From the NCBI GenBank assembly GCA_045649385.1, contig JAZRPT010000071.1:7160-71159 (forward strand): a stretch of 64,000 bases of DNA. The letters are read 5' to 3'. A program made the position numbers and the translations under genes. Origin of the DNA: Faecalimonas sp. (GTDB taxonomy: Bacteria > Bacillota > Clostridia > Lachnospirales > Lachnospiraceae). The notes beneath the pieces are model-generated. The model was given only the letters and a program-made list of their open reading frames with translations, searched no databases and had not been told where the DNA came from. Below, piece by piece: positions 49,126-58,949 of the stretch; the first letter of the stretch is position 1, and every line of letters begins with the position of its first letter.

Positions 49126-49569
49126 ATGAAAAATAAGAAACTAATTTTTATAATAGGTACCATTGTCTGGACCGCAGTGATTTTTTCGTTTTCCTTGCAA
49201 CCAGGTGAGGTGTCGGGAGATTTAAGCGGTTCGATATTGGAGACACTTCTTGGAGTTTTCATGCCGGGGGTGTTAGAGAGTCCGGAGAAGTTGGAATTAT
49301 TCCATTTCATATTACGCAAGTGCGCGCATTTTACGGAGTTTATGATTCTGGGTGTGTTAAGTTTACTTGCCTTGAAACAGATGAAATTTGGCTACAAGCA
49401 CATGCTTGGTTTGGCATATTGCGTATCTGTGGCTGTGTTAGATGAGACGCTGCAGTTGTTTGTCAGTGGGCGTGCCGGAAGAGTGCAGGATGTGTTAATT
49501 GATGGTTCGGGGGCAATGATGGGGATTGTGATAGTGTTCATATGCATGCAGTATAGGAGGAAGGGTTAA
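49126..49569 (+). CDS. VanZ family protein (RKxAH subtype), copy 2
   Basis: Close paralog of 46331-46804; RKCAHFTEF and DETLQLFVSGRAGRVQDV motifs. Confidence 0.88.
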   Translation: MKNKKLIFIIGTIVWTAVIFSFSLQPGEVSGDLSGSILETLLGVFMPGVLESPEKLELFHFILRKCAHFTEFMILGVLSLLALKQMKFGYKHMLGLAYCVSVAVLDETLQLFVSGRAGRVQDVLIDGSGAMMGIVIVFICMQYRRKG

Positions 49570-49762
49570 GTCATGTAGTTTGACTTGCCTTTCTTTTTTC
49601 TTCTCTTTTCAAGTTATTAAATGTATGATATACTGATTTTCCACTACAAAATTCAAAAAAGGATTTTATATCTAAAATTCAGATAATCAGATGTGCTAGT
49701 TCGGCATAATTATCCAATGAAAAACTTAGTGTCATATACGATATGCGAATTATACAAACAAC

Positions 49763-49791
49763 TTGACTATATGGGATTTATCCTATACAAT
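49763..49791 (+). promoter_or_regulatory. sigma-A promoter with an operator-like inverted repeat in the spacer
   Basis: TTGACT-17 nt-TACAAT; TATGGGAT-TT-ATCCTATA imperfect palindrome. Confidence 0.65.
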
Positions 49792-49811
49792 AAAAACAAA
49801 GGAGAAGATAA

Positions 49812-49880
49812 ATGCCGGTAATTTCGTTAAATCACATGTGGGAAACACAAGAGTTTGAGGTGCTTCCACCAGTAGAATAA
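49812..49880 (+). pseudogene. Internally deleted DUF4160-like toxin gene (22-aa remnant)
   Basis: MPVIS|LNHMWETQEFEVLPPVE* joins the typical N- and C-termini; RBS AAAGGAG; directly precedes a DUF2442-like gene. Confidence 0.6.
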
Positions 49881-49890
49881 AAAGGAGAGA

Positions 49891-50370
49891 TTGTATATGA
49901 CACATAGAATAAAAAAAGTGATTCCTTTAGAGAATTTTGTAGTGTTGGCTATATTTCAGGATGGTGTGGAAAAAGAATATGATATGAAACAAGTGTTTGA
50001 CAGATTTCCACAATTTCATATATTTGAAAATGAAGAAGGACTTTTCGAGAAGGTTTCTGTTGATGCCGGTGGATATGGTATCTCATGGAATGATGAATTG
50101 GATTTGTCATCAGAAGATATTTGGGATGATGGTAAATTGACGGGTAATATTCATGAAATAGATATTATGTCGCAATTAGGGGTTAATCTTACAAAGGCAA
50201 GAGAACTAGTAGGAATGACTCAAAAAGAATTGTCACAAAAAGTGCAAATATATCAAGGTGATATTAGTAAAATTGAAAGAGGAAATGCCAATCCATCCGT
50301 GCAGACGTTGCAAAGACTGGCAGAGGGGATGGGTATGCAGTTGAAGATTGAATTTATTTCTAAAAATTAA
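49891..50370 (+). CDS. DUF2442-like domain fused to an XRE helix-turn-helix (putative antitoxin)
   Basis: FQDGVEKEYD...VDAGGYGISWNDELDL and MTQKELS...ISKIERGNANPS motifs. Confidence 0.82.
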   Translation: MYMTHRIKKVIPLENFVVLAIFQDGVEKEYDMKQVFDRFPQFHIFENEEGLFEKVSVDAGGYGISWNDELDLSSEDIWDDGKLTGNIHEIDIMSQLGVNLTKARELVGMTQKELSQKVQIYQGDISKIERGNANPSVQTLQRLAEGMGMQLKIEFISKN

Positions 50371-50378
50371 ATAAAAAA

Positions 50379-50409
50379 TGGACGTAATAAAAATGCTTTA
50401 TTACGTCCA
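50379..50409. terminator. Bidirectional terminator
   Basis: 13-bp inverted repeat TGGACGTAATAAA / TTTATTACGTCCA. Confidence 0.75.
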
Positions 50410-50416
50410 AAATTTC

Positions 50417-51517
50417 CTATCTTTCATACACAATGTATCTATATTTCTGCAATAATTCAGCAGCTTTCTTTGAAGATGCTTCATCATAGAATTCAATACG
50501 AAGAACTCCTTCTTCAAATTCGCGATTGTGGATAATCCCAATATTTTTCAAGTTAATATTATTGGCAGCTAAGATAGTAGCAATGGTTGCAATTCCACCG
50601 GCTTCATCAATGATATCACAGTATACCGCAAACATACGCTTGATTGGTCCGGAGGAACCGCCAGGAATGGAGTTGCGGTAATTCTTTGAAGTCTCAAAGA
50701 AGTTGTAAATATCAGTTTCAGAACCATTTGCAACGGAATGCTTTGCATCTTCTAAAACTTCAATGTACTCATCCAGAATGTTAACAATGTTGTCTTTGTT
50801 CTTCAGACAAATATGTTGCCACATGGTAGGAGAGGAAGAAGCGATGCGTGTAATGTCTTTGAAACCGCCGGCTGCCAGTTGTTTCATCAATTCTTCCTTG
50901 CCATCCTTGTCTTTGACAAAGTTTACGAGGGCAGAAGCAATGATGTGCGGCAAGTGGCTAATGGCACCTGTGATATAATCGTGTTCTTCGTAATCCAGAA
51001 CCACAGGCAATGCCTTTAAAGATTCTACAAATGTAGTATAAGCATCCACTTTTTCTTTTGCGACTTTCGCTGTCGGAGTAATGATATAGTAAGCATTTTC
51101 AATCAACATGGCCTTGGAATTGATAAATCCGGACTTTTCAGAGCCTGCCATCGGGTGTCCGCCAATAAAATATTCTTCCATGTCAAGTGCGATCACTTCT
51201 TTGTGAATGGAAGTTTTTACACTTCCGACATCTGTCAAAATACAATTTTCGTTGAGGTGTGATTTTAACTGTTTTAAATAAGCTGTATTATAAGAAACAG
51301 GTGCACATAGGAAAATGTAGTTGCAGTTATCAAAGTTATCATCAATGGTTGTGCAGGCAACATCAATTGCAGATTCCTGTGTGGCAAGTGCCAGAGTTTC
51401 TTTGCTTTTATCAAATGCAACGATTTCGTAATCTGGGTAGTATTGGCGGATTGCTTTTGCGATAGAACCGCCGATTAATCCAAGGCCTACAAAACCGATT
51501 TTCTTCTTTGTATTCAT
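50417..51517 (-). CDS. tyrA: Prephenate dehydrogenase with C-terminal ACT domain
   Basis: GLGLIGGS, TDVGSVK, GGHPMAGSEKSG, SHLPH and DITRIA motifs. Confidence 0.95.
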   Translation of the reverse strand: MNTKKKIGFVGLGLIGGSIAKAIRQYYPDYEIVAFDKSKETLALATQESAIDVACTTIDDNFDNCNYIFLCAPVSYNTAYLKQLKSHLNENCILTDVGSVKTSIHKEVIALDMEEYFIGGHPMAGSEKSGFINSKAMLIENAYYIITPTAKVAKEKVDAYTTFVESLKALPVVLDYEEHDYITGAISHLPHIIASALVNFVKDKDGKEELMKQLAAGGFKDITRIASSSPTMWQHICLKNKDNIVNILDEYIEVLEDAKHSVANGSETDIYNFFETSKNYRNSIPGGSSGPIKRMFAVYCDIIDEAGGIATIATILAANNINLKNIGIIHNREFEEGVLRIEFYDEASSKKAAELLQKYRYIVYER

Positions 51518-51710
51518 GATTGATATCCTCGTCTTTCCAAGTGCATCATATGTAAATGATATGCACTGTAATTACACAATAAAGTATGAAGTCAAATTGA
51601 ATTGTACAACCAAGAAGAAGAAAAGTCAACACTATGTTGCTTTAAAGTGCAAAAGTGTTTGAAAATTCAGAAAACTTAAAATAAAATTTTGTATAAAATC
51701 AATAAAAAGG

Positions 51711-51739
51711 TTGAAATAATCAAAATATTTTAGTACAAT
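51711..51739 (+). promoter_or_regulatory. sigma-A promoter of the EF-G paralog
   Basis: TTGAAA-17 nt-TACAAT. Confidence 0.6.
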
Positions 51740-51782
51740 ATCAACATGTGATACTACAAATCAAGGAGGCAAAAGTAGAATT

Positions 51783-53858
51783 ATGAAAGTTTATAGAACG
51801 GACGAAATTAGAAACGTAGTACTATTAGGACACGGAGGAAGTGGAAAAACTAGTTTGGTTGAAGCTATGTTATATGTATCTGGCGCAACAAACAGAATGG
51901 GAAAGATTGCTGATCACAACACAGTAAGTGATTTCGATAAAGAGGAGCAGAAACGTGAATTTTCAATTAGCACAAGTTTAATTCCTATCGAGTGGGAAAA
52001 AGCAAAAATCAACGTGCTTGATACACCGGGATATTTCGACTTCGTTGGTGAAGTAGAAGAAGCAGTTAGTGCAGCTGATGCAGCGGTTATCGTTGTTTCC
52101 GGTAAAGCTGGTGTGGAAGTTGGAACGGAAAAAGCTTGGGAGCTTTGTGACAAGTACAAATTACCTAGAATGGTATACGTAACAGAGATGGATGTGGATG
52201 ATGCATCTTTCCGTCAGGTAGTGGAAGATTTAACAGCTAAGTACGGTAAGAAGATTGCACCACATTTCCAACCAATTCGTGAAAATGAAAAATTAGTTGG
52301 TTATGTGAACGTTATTAAAAATGCAGGTAGAAGATACACAGGCGTTGGTCAGAGAGAAGAATGTGAGATTCCAGATTACTGTTTACCAAACTTGCAAATC
52401 TGCCGTGATGCATTGATGGAAGCGGTTGCTGAGACAAGTGAAGATTTCATGGACAGATATTTCGCAGGAGAAGAATTCTCTGTAGAAGAAATTCGTGCGG
52501 CAATGCGTATGTCAGTTACAGACGGAAGTATTGTACCGGTTGCTATGGGCTCTAACACAGAGGCTCAGGGTGTTGCGAACCTGTTATCAGATATCGTTCG
52601 TTTCTTCCCAAGCCCAGACAAAAAGTCTTGTGCAGGTATTAACCGTAAGACAAACGAAATCTTTGAGGCAAACTATGATTTCTCGAAATCTAAGAGTGCA
52701 TATGTATTTAAGACAATGGTTGACCCATTCATTGGTAAATATTCATTTATCAAAGTTTGCTCCGGTGTATTAAAAGGCGATGATGTTCTTTACAATACGG
52801 ATTCAGATACCGATGAAAAACTTGGTAAATTATACACCATGATTGGTAATAAACCGGTAGAAGTGCCAGAACTTCATGCAGGTGATATCGGTGCCGTTGC
52901 CAAGTTGTCAGATGTAAAGACGGGTGATACCCTTTCTACAAAGAATACACAAGTATTGTTTGGTAAGACAGAGTATTCGGTTCCATATACATATATGAAA
53001 TATGTGGTGAAGGCAAAGGGTGATGAAGATAAAGTTTCTCAAGCTCTTGCTAAGATGATGGCAGAAGACGTAACATTGAAAGTGGTTAACGACAGTGAAA
53101 ACCGTCAGACATTGATTTATGGTATGGGTGACCAACATCTTGAAATCGTTGTCAGCAAATTGGCTAGCCGTTATAAAGTAGATGTTGTTTTGGAAACTCC
53201 TAAGGTAGCATTCCGCGAAACATTGCGTAAGAAATCAGATGTTGATACAAAATATAAGAAACAATCCGGTGGACATGGACAATATGGACACGTTAAGATG
53301 ACATTTGAACCTTCCGGCGATTTGGAGACTCCATTCGTGTTTGAACAAATCGTAGTTGGAGGAGCAGTTCCGAAGAACTACTTCCCGGCAGTTGAAAAAG
53401 GTTTACAAGAATCTGTTGTGAAAGGTCCTTTGGCTGGATATCCGGTAGTGGGCGTGAAAGCGGTATTATACGATGGTTCTTACCATCCGGTAGACTCTTC
53501 GGAAATGGCATTTAAGACTGCTACAGTTCAGGCTTTCAAGAAAGGTTTCATGGAAGCAAGTCCGGTACTTCTTGAACCAATTGCAAATATCAAGGTTACA
53601 GTTCCGGATGAATTTACAGGTGATGTAATGGGTGACCTTAACAAACGTCGTGGTCGTGTACTTGGCATGACACCAATCGCAGGCGGAAATCAGATTATCG
53701 AGGCAGATATCCCGATGACAGGTGTATTTGGATATTGTACAGTACTTCGTTCTATGACAGGTGGTAGAGGTAATTATGCGTATGAATTCGTTCGCTATGA
53801 ACAAGCACCATCTGATGTACAGGAAAAAGAAATTGCAAAACGAGCAAATGAAGAATAA
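51783..53858 (+). CDS. fusA: Elongation factor G paralog (EF-G2-like)
   Basis: GHGGSGKT, DTPG, KQSGGHGQYG and DGSYHPVDSSE motifs; not in the rpsL-rpsG operon. Confidence 0.9.
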   Translation: MKVYRTDEIRNVVLLGHGGSGKTSLVEAMLYVSGATNRMGKIADHNTVSDFDKEEQKREFSISTSLIPIEWEKAKINVLDTPGYFDFVGEVEEAVSAADAAVIVVSGKAGVEVGTEKAWELCDKYKLPRMVYVTEMDVDDASFRQVVEDLTAKYGKKIAPHFQPIRENEKLVGYVNVIKNAGRRYTGVGQREECEIPDYCLPNLQICRDALMEAVAETSEDFMDRYFAGEEFSVEEIRAAMRMSVTDGSIVPVAMGSNTEAQGVANLLSDIVRFFPSPDKKSCAGINRKTNEIFEANYDFSKSKSAYVFKTMVDPFIGKYSFIKVCSGVLKGDDVLYNTDSDTDEKLGKLYTMIGNKPVEVPELHAGDIGAVAKLSDVKTGDTLSTKNTQVLFGKTEYSVPYTYMKYVVKAKGDEDKVSQALAKMMAEDVTLKVVNDSENRQTLIYGMGDQHLEIVVSKLASRYKVDVVLETPKVAFRETLRKKSDVDTKYKKQSGGHGQYGHVKMTFEPSGDLETPFVFEQIVVGGAVPKNYFPAVEKGLQESVVKGPLAGYPVVGVKAVLYDGSYHPVDSSEMAFKTATVQAFKKGFMEASPVLLEPIANIKVTVPDEFTGDVMGDLNKRRGRVLGMTPIAGGNQIIEADIPMTGVFGYCTVLRSMTGGRGNYAYEFVRYEQAPSDVQEKEIAKRANEE

Positions 53859-53880
53859 GCGGTTTGACCGCTGCTTAAAC

Positions 53881-53905
53881 GGGGCATGGTGAGATACCAT
53901 GCCCC
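53881..53905 (+). terminator. Hairpin after the EF-G paralog
   Basis: GGGGCATGGT-GAGAT-ACCATGCCCC. Confidence 0.65.
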
Positions 53906-53907
53906 AC

Positions 53908-53936
53908 TTGTATATTTGAAACAAAGGTGTTATAAT
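53908..53936 (+). promoter_or_regulatory. sigma-A promoter of trkA
   Basis: TTGTAT-17 nt-TATAAT with extended TG. Confidence 0.6.
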
Positions 53937-53978
53937 TTGCCTTGCATTAGCAAAAAATAAATACATGAGGAACAGACC

Positions 53979-55337
53979 ATGAAAATTGTAATTATTGGTG
54001 ACGGTAAAGTAGGATTTAAACTAGCAGAGCATTTGTCAGAAGATAACTATGATGTAGTTTTAATTGACAATAACGAGGAAAAATTGAAGGAAGCGATTAA
54101 CAATTTGGATGTCAATTGTTTTGCAGGAGATGGTGTGAGTGTGGAAGTGCAGGCTGAAGCAGGTGTGCCGGAGGCAGACCTCGTAATTGCATGTGCTTCA
54201 ACGGATGAATTGAACATGCTCAGTTGTCTGGTCGCAAAAAGACTGGGGGCAAAGCATACCATAGCCAGAGTTCGTAATCCGTTGTATTACCATCAGATAG
54301 ACTTATTGAAGGATGATTTGCATCTGAGTATGGTTATTAATCCGGAGTTTGCAGTTGCAAATGAAATTGCAAGGAATTTGATTTTCCCGGATGCCAGCAA
54401 GGTGGAAACCTTTGTGAAAGGCAGATTGGAATTAGTAGAATTTCCGGTGCGTGAAGAAAGTCCGGTGATTGGCTATAAGTTGGCGGATATTTATTCTAAA
54501 TTTCAGATTAAACTTTTGATATGTGCCATCCAAAGGGGAAGTGAAGTATTTATCCCGGATGGTGAATTTGTGATTGAAAAAGGTGACAAACTTCACATTG
54601 CAGCGACACATAGCGAGATCGAGCAGTTTTTCAGCAGACTGGGGAACCGCAAGCGCCGTGTACACAATGTATTGATATGTGGTGGTGGCCGAGTTGGATT
54701 CTATCTTGCAAAGAAGCTTTGCTCTATGGGTATGGATGTGAAGATTATTGAGCAGAGTCATGAAAGATGCGAGATATTATGTGAAGAACTTCCAAAGGTA
54801 ACGGTGATTCACGGGGATGCAACAGACCATGATTTACTGCTTGAAGAAGGCGTCCGCGAAGCAGACGCTTTGGTGGCTCTTACCGGTGTGGATGAGGAAA
54901 ATATTATCATGGGCTTGTTTGCCAATAAGCAAGGCGTGCGAAAAATCGTTGCCAAGGTGAACGAAGATTCCAGAGCGCAGATGGTGGAAGGTCTTGGCAT
55001 TGACAGCATTGTATCTTCTAAAAATGCAACGGTTGATGCGATTTTCAGTTATGTTCGTGCAAGACAGAACTCTTTGAGCAGTGCGAATATTGAATCTATG
55101 TATCGCTTGGTGGACGACCGTGTAGAAGCCTTGGAATTTGTGATAAAAGAAGAAACGAAATATACGAATATTGCACTGAAAGATTTGAAAACGAAGCCGA
55201 ACAATCTGATTGCATGTATTGGGCGTAAACGTCAAATGATTATCCCAAGTGGTAACGACAGTATTCAGGTTGGGGATACGGTAGTTGTGATAACAAAATC
55301 AAAGAAAATACAAGATATTACAGACATCTTGGAATAG
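53979..55337 (+). CDS. trkA: Trk potassium uptake NAD-binding subunit
   Basis: Two RCK repeats (GDGKVG, GGGRVG), IARVRN motif. Confidence 0.95.
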   Translation: MKIVIIGDGKVGFKLAEHLSEDNYDVVLIDNNEEKLKEAINNLDVNCFAGDGVSVEVQAEAGVPEADLVIACASTDELNMLSCLVAKRLGAKHTIARVRNPLYYHQIDLLKDDLHLSMVINPEFAVANEIARNLIFPDASKVETFVKGRLELVEFPVREESPVIGYKLADIYSKFQIKLLICAIQRGSEVFIPDGEFVIEKGDKLHIAATHSEIEQFFSRLGNRKRRVHNVLICGGGRVGFYLAKKLCSMGMDVKIIEQSHERCEILCEELPKVTVIHGDATDHDLLLEEGVREADALVALTGVDEENIIMGLFANKQGVRKIVAKVNEDSRAQMVEGLGIDSIVSSKNATVDAIFSYVRARQNSLSSANIESMYRLVDDRVEALEFVIKEETKYTNIALKDLKTKPNNLIACIGRKRQMIIPSGNDSIQVGDTVVVITKSKKIQDITDILE

Positions 55338-55346
55338 AGGATAGCT

Positions 55347-56792
55347 ATGAATAGAGGAATGACGACTTATATTTTGGGAAGAATGCTTGGAGTGGAAGCC
55401 TTGGTTCTTTTGATTCCGGCACTGGTGTCTGTGATTTATGGGGAAGAAGGATGGAAAGCGTTTCTTCTTACCAGTGCAATTTTAGTGTTGTTATATGTGC
55501 TTTTTGGGCGAAGGAAACCGAAAGATTCCACAATATACGGGAAAGATGGATTCATCATCATCGCTTGTGCATGGATTTTATGGTCTGTGTTTGGTGCGTT
55601 ACCGTTTTATATTTCGGGAGAAATCCCGTCTTATATTGATGCTGTTTTTGAAACCGTATCAGGATTTACCACAACAGGTTCTACTATTTTGACGAACATT
55701 GAAGGTCTGTCAAAGGGTATGAATTTTTGGCGCTGTCTGACTCACTGGATTGGTGGTATGGGCGTGCTTGTATTTGTTATGGTCATTGTGTCCTTGGAGG
55801 ATAAGAATTCCATGCATTTGATGCGCGCGGAAGTACCGGGACCGGAGACAGATAAGCTTGTACCAAAGGCCAGAGATACGGCAAAGATTTTATATAGTAT
55901 GTATTTTGTACTGACATTGGCAGAGGTTATATTCCTACTTGCCGGTGGAATGGATTTGTATGATAGCATTATTCATTCATTTAGTACAGCGGGAACAGGT
56001 GGTTTCAACAACCGGAATAACAGTGTTGCTTTTTATGACAGTGCGTATATAGATGGCGTAATCACGGTCTTTATGCTTCTGTTTGGTATTAATTTTAATA
56101 TGTATTATCTTTTGCTACTTAAAAAGGTAAAAGATGTATTTAAGAATGAGGAAACGAGGGCATATTTGGGAATAATTCTTGGGTCCACTTTACTCATTAC
56201 CATAAATATACTGAGCATATACGAGAAACCGTTAAGGGCTTTTCGATACGCAATCTTTCAAGTATCAGCTATTATAACGACAACTGGATTTGCAACAGCG
56301 GATTTCAATCTTTGGCCGGAGTTTTCAAAATGCATCCTTTTGAGCTTGATGATAGTTGGTGCCTGTGCCGGTTCAACCGGAGGGGGCATGAAGGTGTCAC
56401 GTGTCTTGATTTTACTTAAGAGTATCAAGCGCGAGATGAAACGCCTGCTTCACCCGAAATCAGTTTCCATTGTCAAGGTAAATGGGAAAAAGGTAAAAGA
56501 CGCAACGCTGCAGGGTGTTTATGTATATTTTATCAGTTATGTTGCTATATTTATCATATCGGTATTATTAATATCATTGAATAATTTTGATTTTGCAACA
56601 TCCTTTAGCGGGGTGCTTACTACAATAAACAATATTGGACCGGGGATTTCAGCCATTGGACCAATTGAGAATTTTTCGAAATTCTCTGATTTTTCCAAAA
56701 TCATATTCTGTCTGGATATGTTGATTGGAAGATTGGAAATTTTCCCGTTCTTGGTATTACTTTCTCCGAATTTGTGGAGAAAAAAATTCTAG
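55347..56792 (+). CDS. trkH: Trk potassium uptake membrane subunit
   Basis: FETVSGFTTTG, WIGGMG, GSTGGGMK, NIGPG and GRLEI motifs. Confidence 0.95.
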   Translation: MNRGMTTYILGRMLGVEALVLLIPALVSVIYGEEGWKAFLLTSAILVLLYVLFGRRKPKDSTIYGKDGFIIIACAWILWSVFGALPFYISGEIPSYIDAVFETVSGFTTTGSTILTNIEGLSKGMNFWRCLTHWIGGMGVLVFVMVIVSLEDKNSMHLMRAEVPGPETDKLVPKARDTAKILYSMYFVLTLAEVIFLLAGGMDLYDSIIHSFSTAGTGGFNNRNNSVAFYDSAYIDGVITVFMLLFGINFNMYYLLLLKKVKDVFKNEETRAYLGIILGSTLLITINILSIYEKPLRAFRYAIFQVSAIITTTGFATADFNLWPEFSKCILLSLMIVGACAGSTGGGMKVSRVLILLKSIKREMKRLLHPKSVSIVKVNGKKVKDATLQGVYVYFISYVAIFIISVLLISLNNFDFATSFSGVLTTINNIGPGISAIGPIENFSKFSDFSKIIFCLDMLIGRLEIFPFLVLLSPNLWRKKF

Positions 56793-56802
56793 GAGGTAAT
56801 CT

Positions 56803-58398
56803 ATGAAGAATCTAAAAGTGAAAGTAATAGGAACAATCATTGCCCTTGTTTTGGCAGGACTCTATTATTATGTAACATTGCCGGCAATCAATATTCATGC
56901 ATCTGGATTTTGGTTTTTTATCATGATTGTGCTTGCGATTATTGCGGCACTTTACATCCTTCGAAAACGGTATGGAATGTTTGAAATAAAAGAGTCCAAG
57001 GTGGTAAAGATACTAGGCGGTATTTTGATTGTTGTGCTTGCAGTTTATTTGATCGGTTCGTTGTTATCTTCGCCGATTGTGAACGCAAAGAAATATCAGA
57101 AACTGTTGACGGTGGAAACGGGTGAGTTTACGAAAGATATTGAAGAACTGTCGTATGACCAGATTCCGTTATTGGATAAGAATTCAGCAACTCTCCTTGG
57201 AAATCGAAAAATGGGAAGTATGATTGACATGGCTTCTCAATTTGAGGTGGATAACATTTACAGTCAAATCAATTATAAAGATAAACCGGTTCGTGTGTCA
57301 CCACTTCGTTATGCAAATGCAATTAAATGGCTAACGAATCGTGGGGAAGGTATTCCGGCCTATATCACCATTGATATGGCAACGCAGACAACGGAGCTTG
57401 TAAAATTAAAAGAGGGTATTAAATATTCAACTTCTGAATATTTTAATCGTAACATTTACAGACATTTGCGTTTTAATTATCCGACCTACATTTTTAATGA
57501 GCTTAGTTTTGAGATTGATGAGGAAGGTGTTCCATACTGGGTTTGTCCAGTGAAGAAGTTCAACATTGGTCTATTTGGCGGTGAGACAGTAGGTCGTGTG
57601 GTGCTGTGTAATGCGATTACCGGTGAGACCATAGATTATGCGATTGAGGATGTACCATCATGGATTGATAAGGCATATTCAGCAGAACTGTTGATTGAAC
57701 TTTATGATTACTATGGAACCTTAAAACATGGGTTTATCAATAGTATATTAGGACAGAAGGATTGCCTGGTTACTACCGATGGGTATAATTATTTGGCAAT
57801 TGATGATGATGTGTGGGTATATACCGGTGTTACGTCTGTGAATAGTGATGAGTCAAATGTAGGATTTGTGCTTATGAATCAACGTACCATGGAAACGAAG
57901 TTTTACGAGATTGCAGGTGCGGAAGAGTATTCGGCTATGGATTCGGCAGAGGGACAGGTACAGAACCTGGCGTATGAAGCGACCTTCCCGTTGCTTTTGA
58001 ATATTGGAGGCGAGCCGACCTACTTTATTTGCTTAAAAGATGATGCAGGGCTTGTGAAGAAGTATGCCATGGTAAATGTGCAGAAATACCAAGTGGTAGG
58101 AATCGGCGATACAGTCAGCGAATGTGAGGAAGAGTATCAGAAACTTCTTTTGAAAGAGGGACTTCAGATTATAGAGGATACCCGTGAATCCGGCTCTATC
58201 ACCGGAAAGATTACCAAGATCGCGCAAGGTGTTGTGGAAGGCAATTCTCATTATTTTATTATGGTAGAAGGCTCAGAGGATATTTTTGATATTCCGGTGG
58301 TGCAATTTATAGATATTATTAAATATGAGGTAGGACAGGAGATTTCACTGGAATACAAGATTGGTGAGAAAACTAATGTCGTAACTGCAATGAAATAG
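56803..58398 (+). CDS. Hypothetical membrane protein (3 N-terminal TM helices, large soluble domain)
   Basis: 531-aa ORF, RBS AGGAGG, core-like codon usage. Confidence 0.8.
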   Translation: MKNLKVKVIGTIIALVLAGLYYYVTLPAINIHASGFWFFIMIVLAIIAALYILRKRYGMFEIKESKVVKILGGILIVVLAVYLIGSLLSSPIVNAKKYQKLLTVETGEFTKDIEELSYDQIPLLDKNSATLLGNRKMGSMIDMASQFEVDNIYSQINYKDKPVRVSPLRYANAIKWLTNRGEGIPAYITIDMATQTTELVKLKEGIKYSTSEYFNRNIYRHLRFNYPTYIFNELSFEIDEEGVPYWVCPVKKFNIGLFGGETVGRVVLCNAITGETIDYAIEDVPSWIDKAYSAELLIELYDYYGTLKHGFINSILGQKDCLVTTDGYNYLAIDDDVWVYTGVTSVNSDESNVGFVLMNQRTMETKFYEIAGAEEYSAMDSAEGQVQNLAYEATFPLLLNIGGEPTYFICLKDDAGLVKKYAMVNVQKYQVVGIGDTVSECEEEYQKLLLKEGLQIIEDTRESGSITGKITKIAQGVVEGNSHYFIMVEGSEDIFDIPVVQFIDIIKYEVGQEISLEYKIGEKTNVVTAMK

Positions 58399-58472
58399 GT
58401 AAAGGCAACCAAATAAATGGTTGCCCTTATCACAATTCTGGTGTATAATAAATGTAATTACATAGCAAAGGA

Positions 58473-58904
58473 GTGATCCCCATGGTAAATTTATTAACAG
58501 GGCAAAAAGGTAGCGGCAAAACTCAGATTATGATTGAAGCTGCAAATAAAAAAGCAAAGGAATGTGACGGAAACGTAGTATTCATTAAGAACAGCCACAA
58601 TGATACATATAGTTTATCGTTCGATATCAGAGCGATTGTAATGGCTGATTATCCTTCTATCCGTAGCATCAGTGAATATACAGGTTTTATTTATGGTATG
58701 CTCAGTGCAAATAGCGATATCCAAGTAATCTTTATCGATGGTATTTTAAAACAAGCAGGTGTATGTCTTGACTGTATCCCAAGTTTTATCGATACTCTTG
58801 ACAGCATTTCAAAAGCACACAATGTTGACTTCTACGTAAGCATTAGCGCAAGCAAAGAAGATTTAGCAAGTGTTGACGCAGAAAAATGTAATTTTTTAAA
58901 TTAA
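58473..58904 (+). CDS. Small P-loop-containing protein
   Basis: GQKGSGKT Walker A and IFIDG; promoter TTGCCC-17-TATAAT at 58421-58449. Confidence 0.8.
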   Translation: MIPMVNLLTGQKGSGKTQIMIEAANKKAKECDGNVVFIKNSHNDTYSLSFDIRAIVMADYPSIRSISEYTGFIYGMLSANSDIQVIFIDGILKQAGVCLDCIPSFIDTLDSISKAHNVDFYVSISASKEDLASVDAEKCNFLN

Positions 58905-58915
58905 TGATGATACAA

Positions 58916-58947
58916 AAAAATGGATGGGTGAAATCCCATCCATTTTT
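58916..58947. terminator. Bidirectional terminator
   Basis: AAAAATGGATGGG-TGAAAT-CCCATCCATTTTT. Confidence 0.85.
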
Positions 58948-58949
58948 AT

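Noticed and set aside
28242-49569. VanZ genes as a vancomycin resistance cluster
   Set aside because: vanH, vanA/B, vanX, vanR and vanS are absent.
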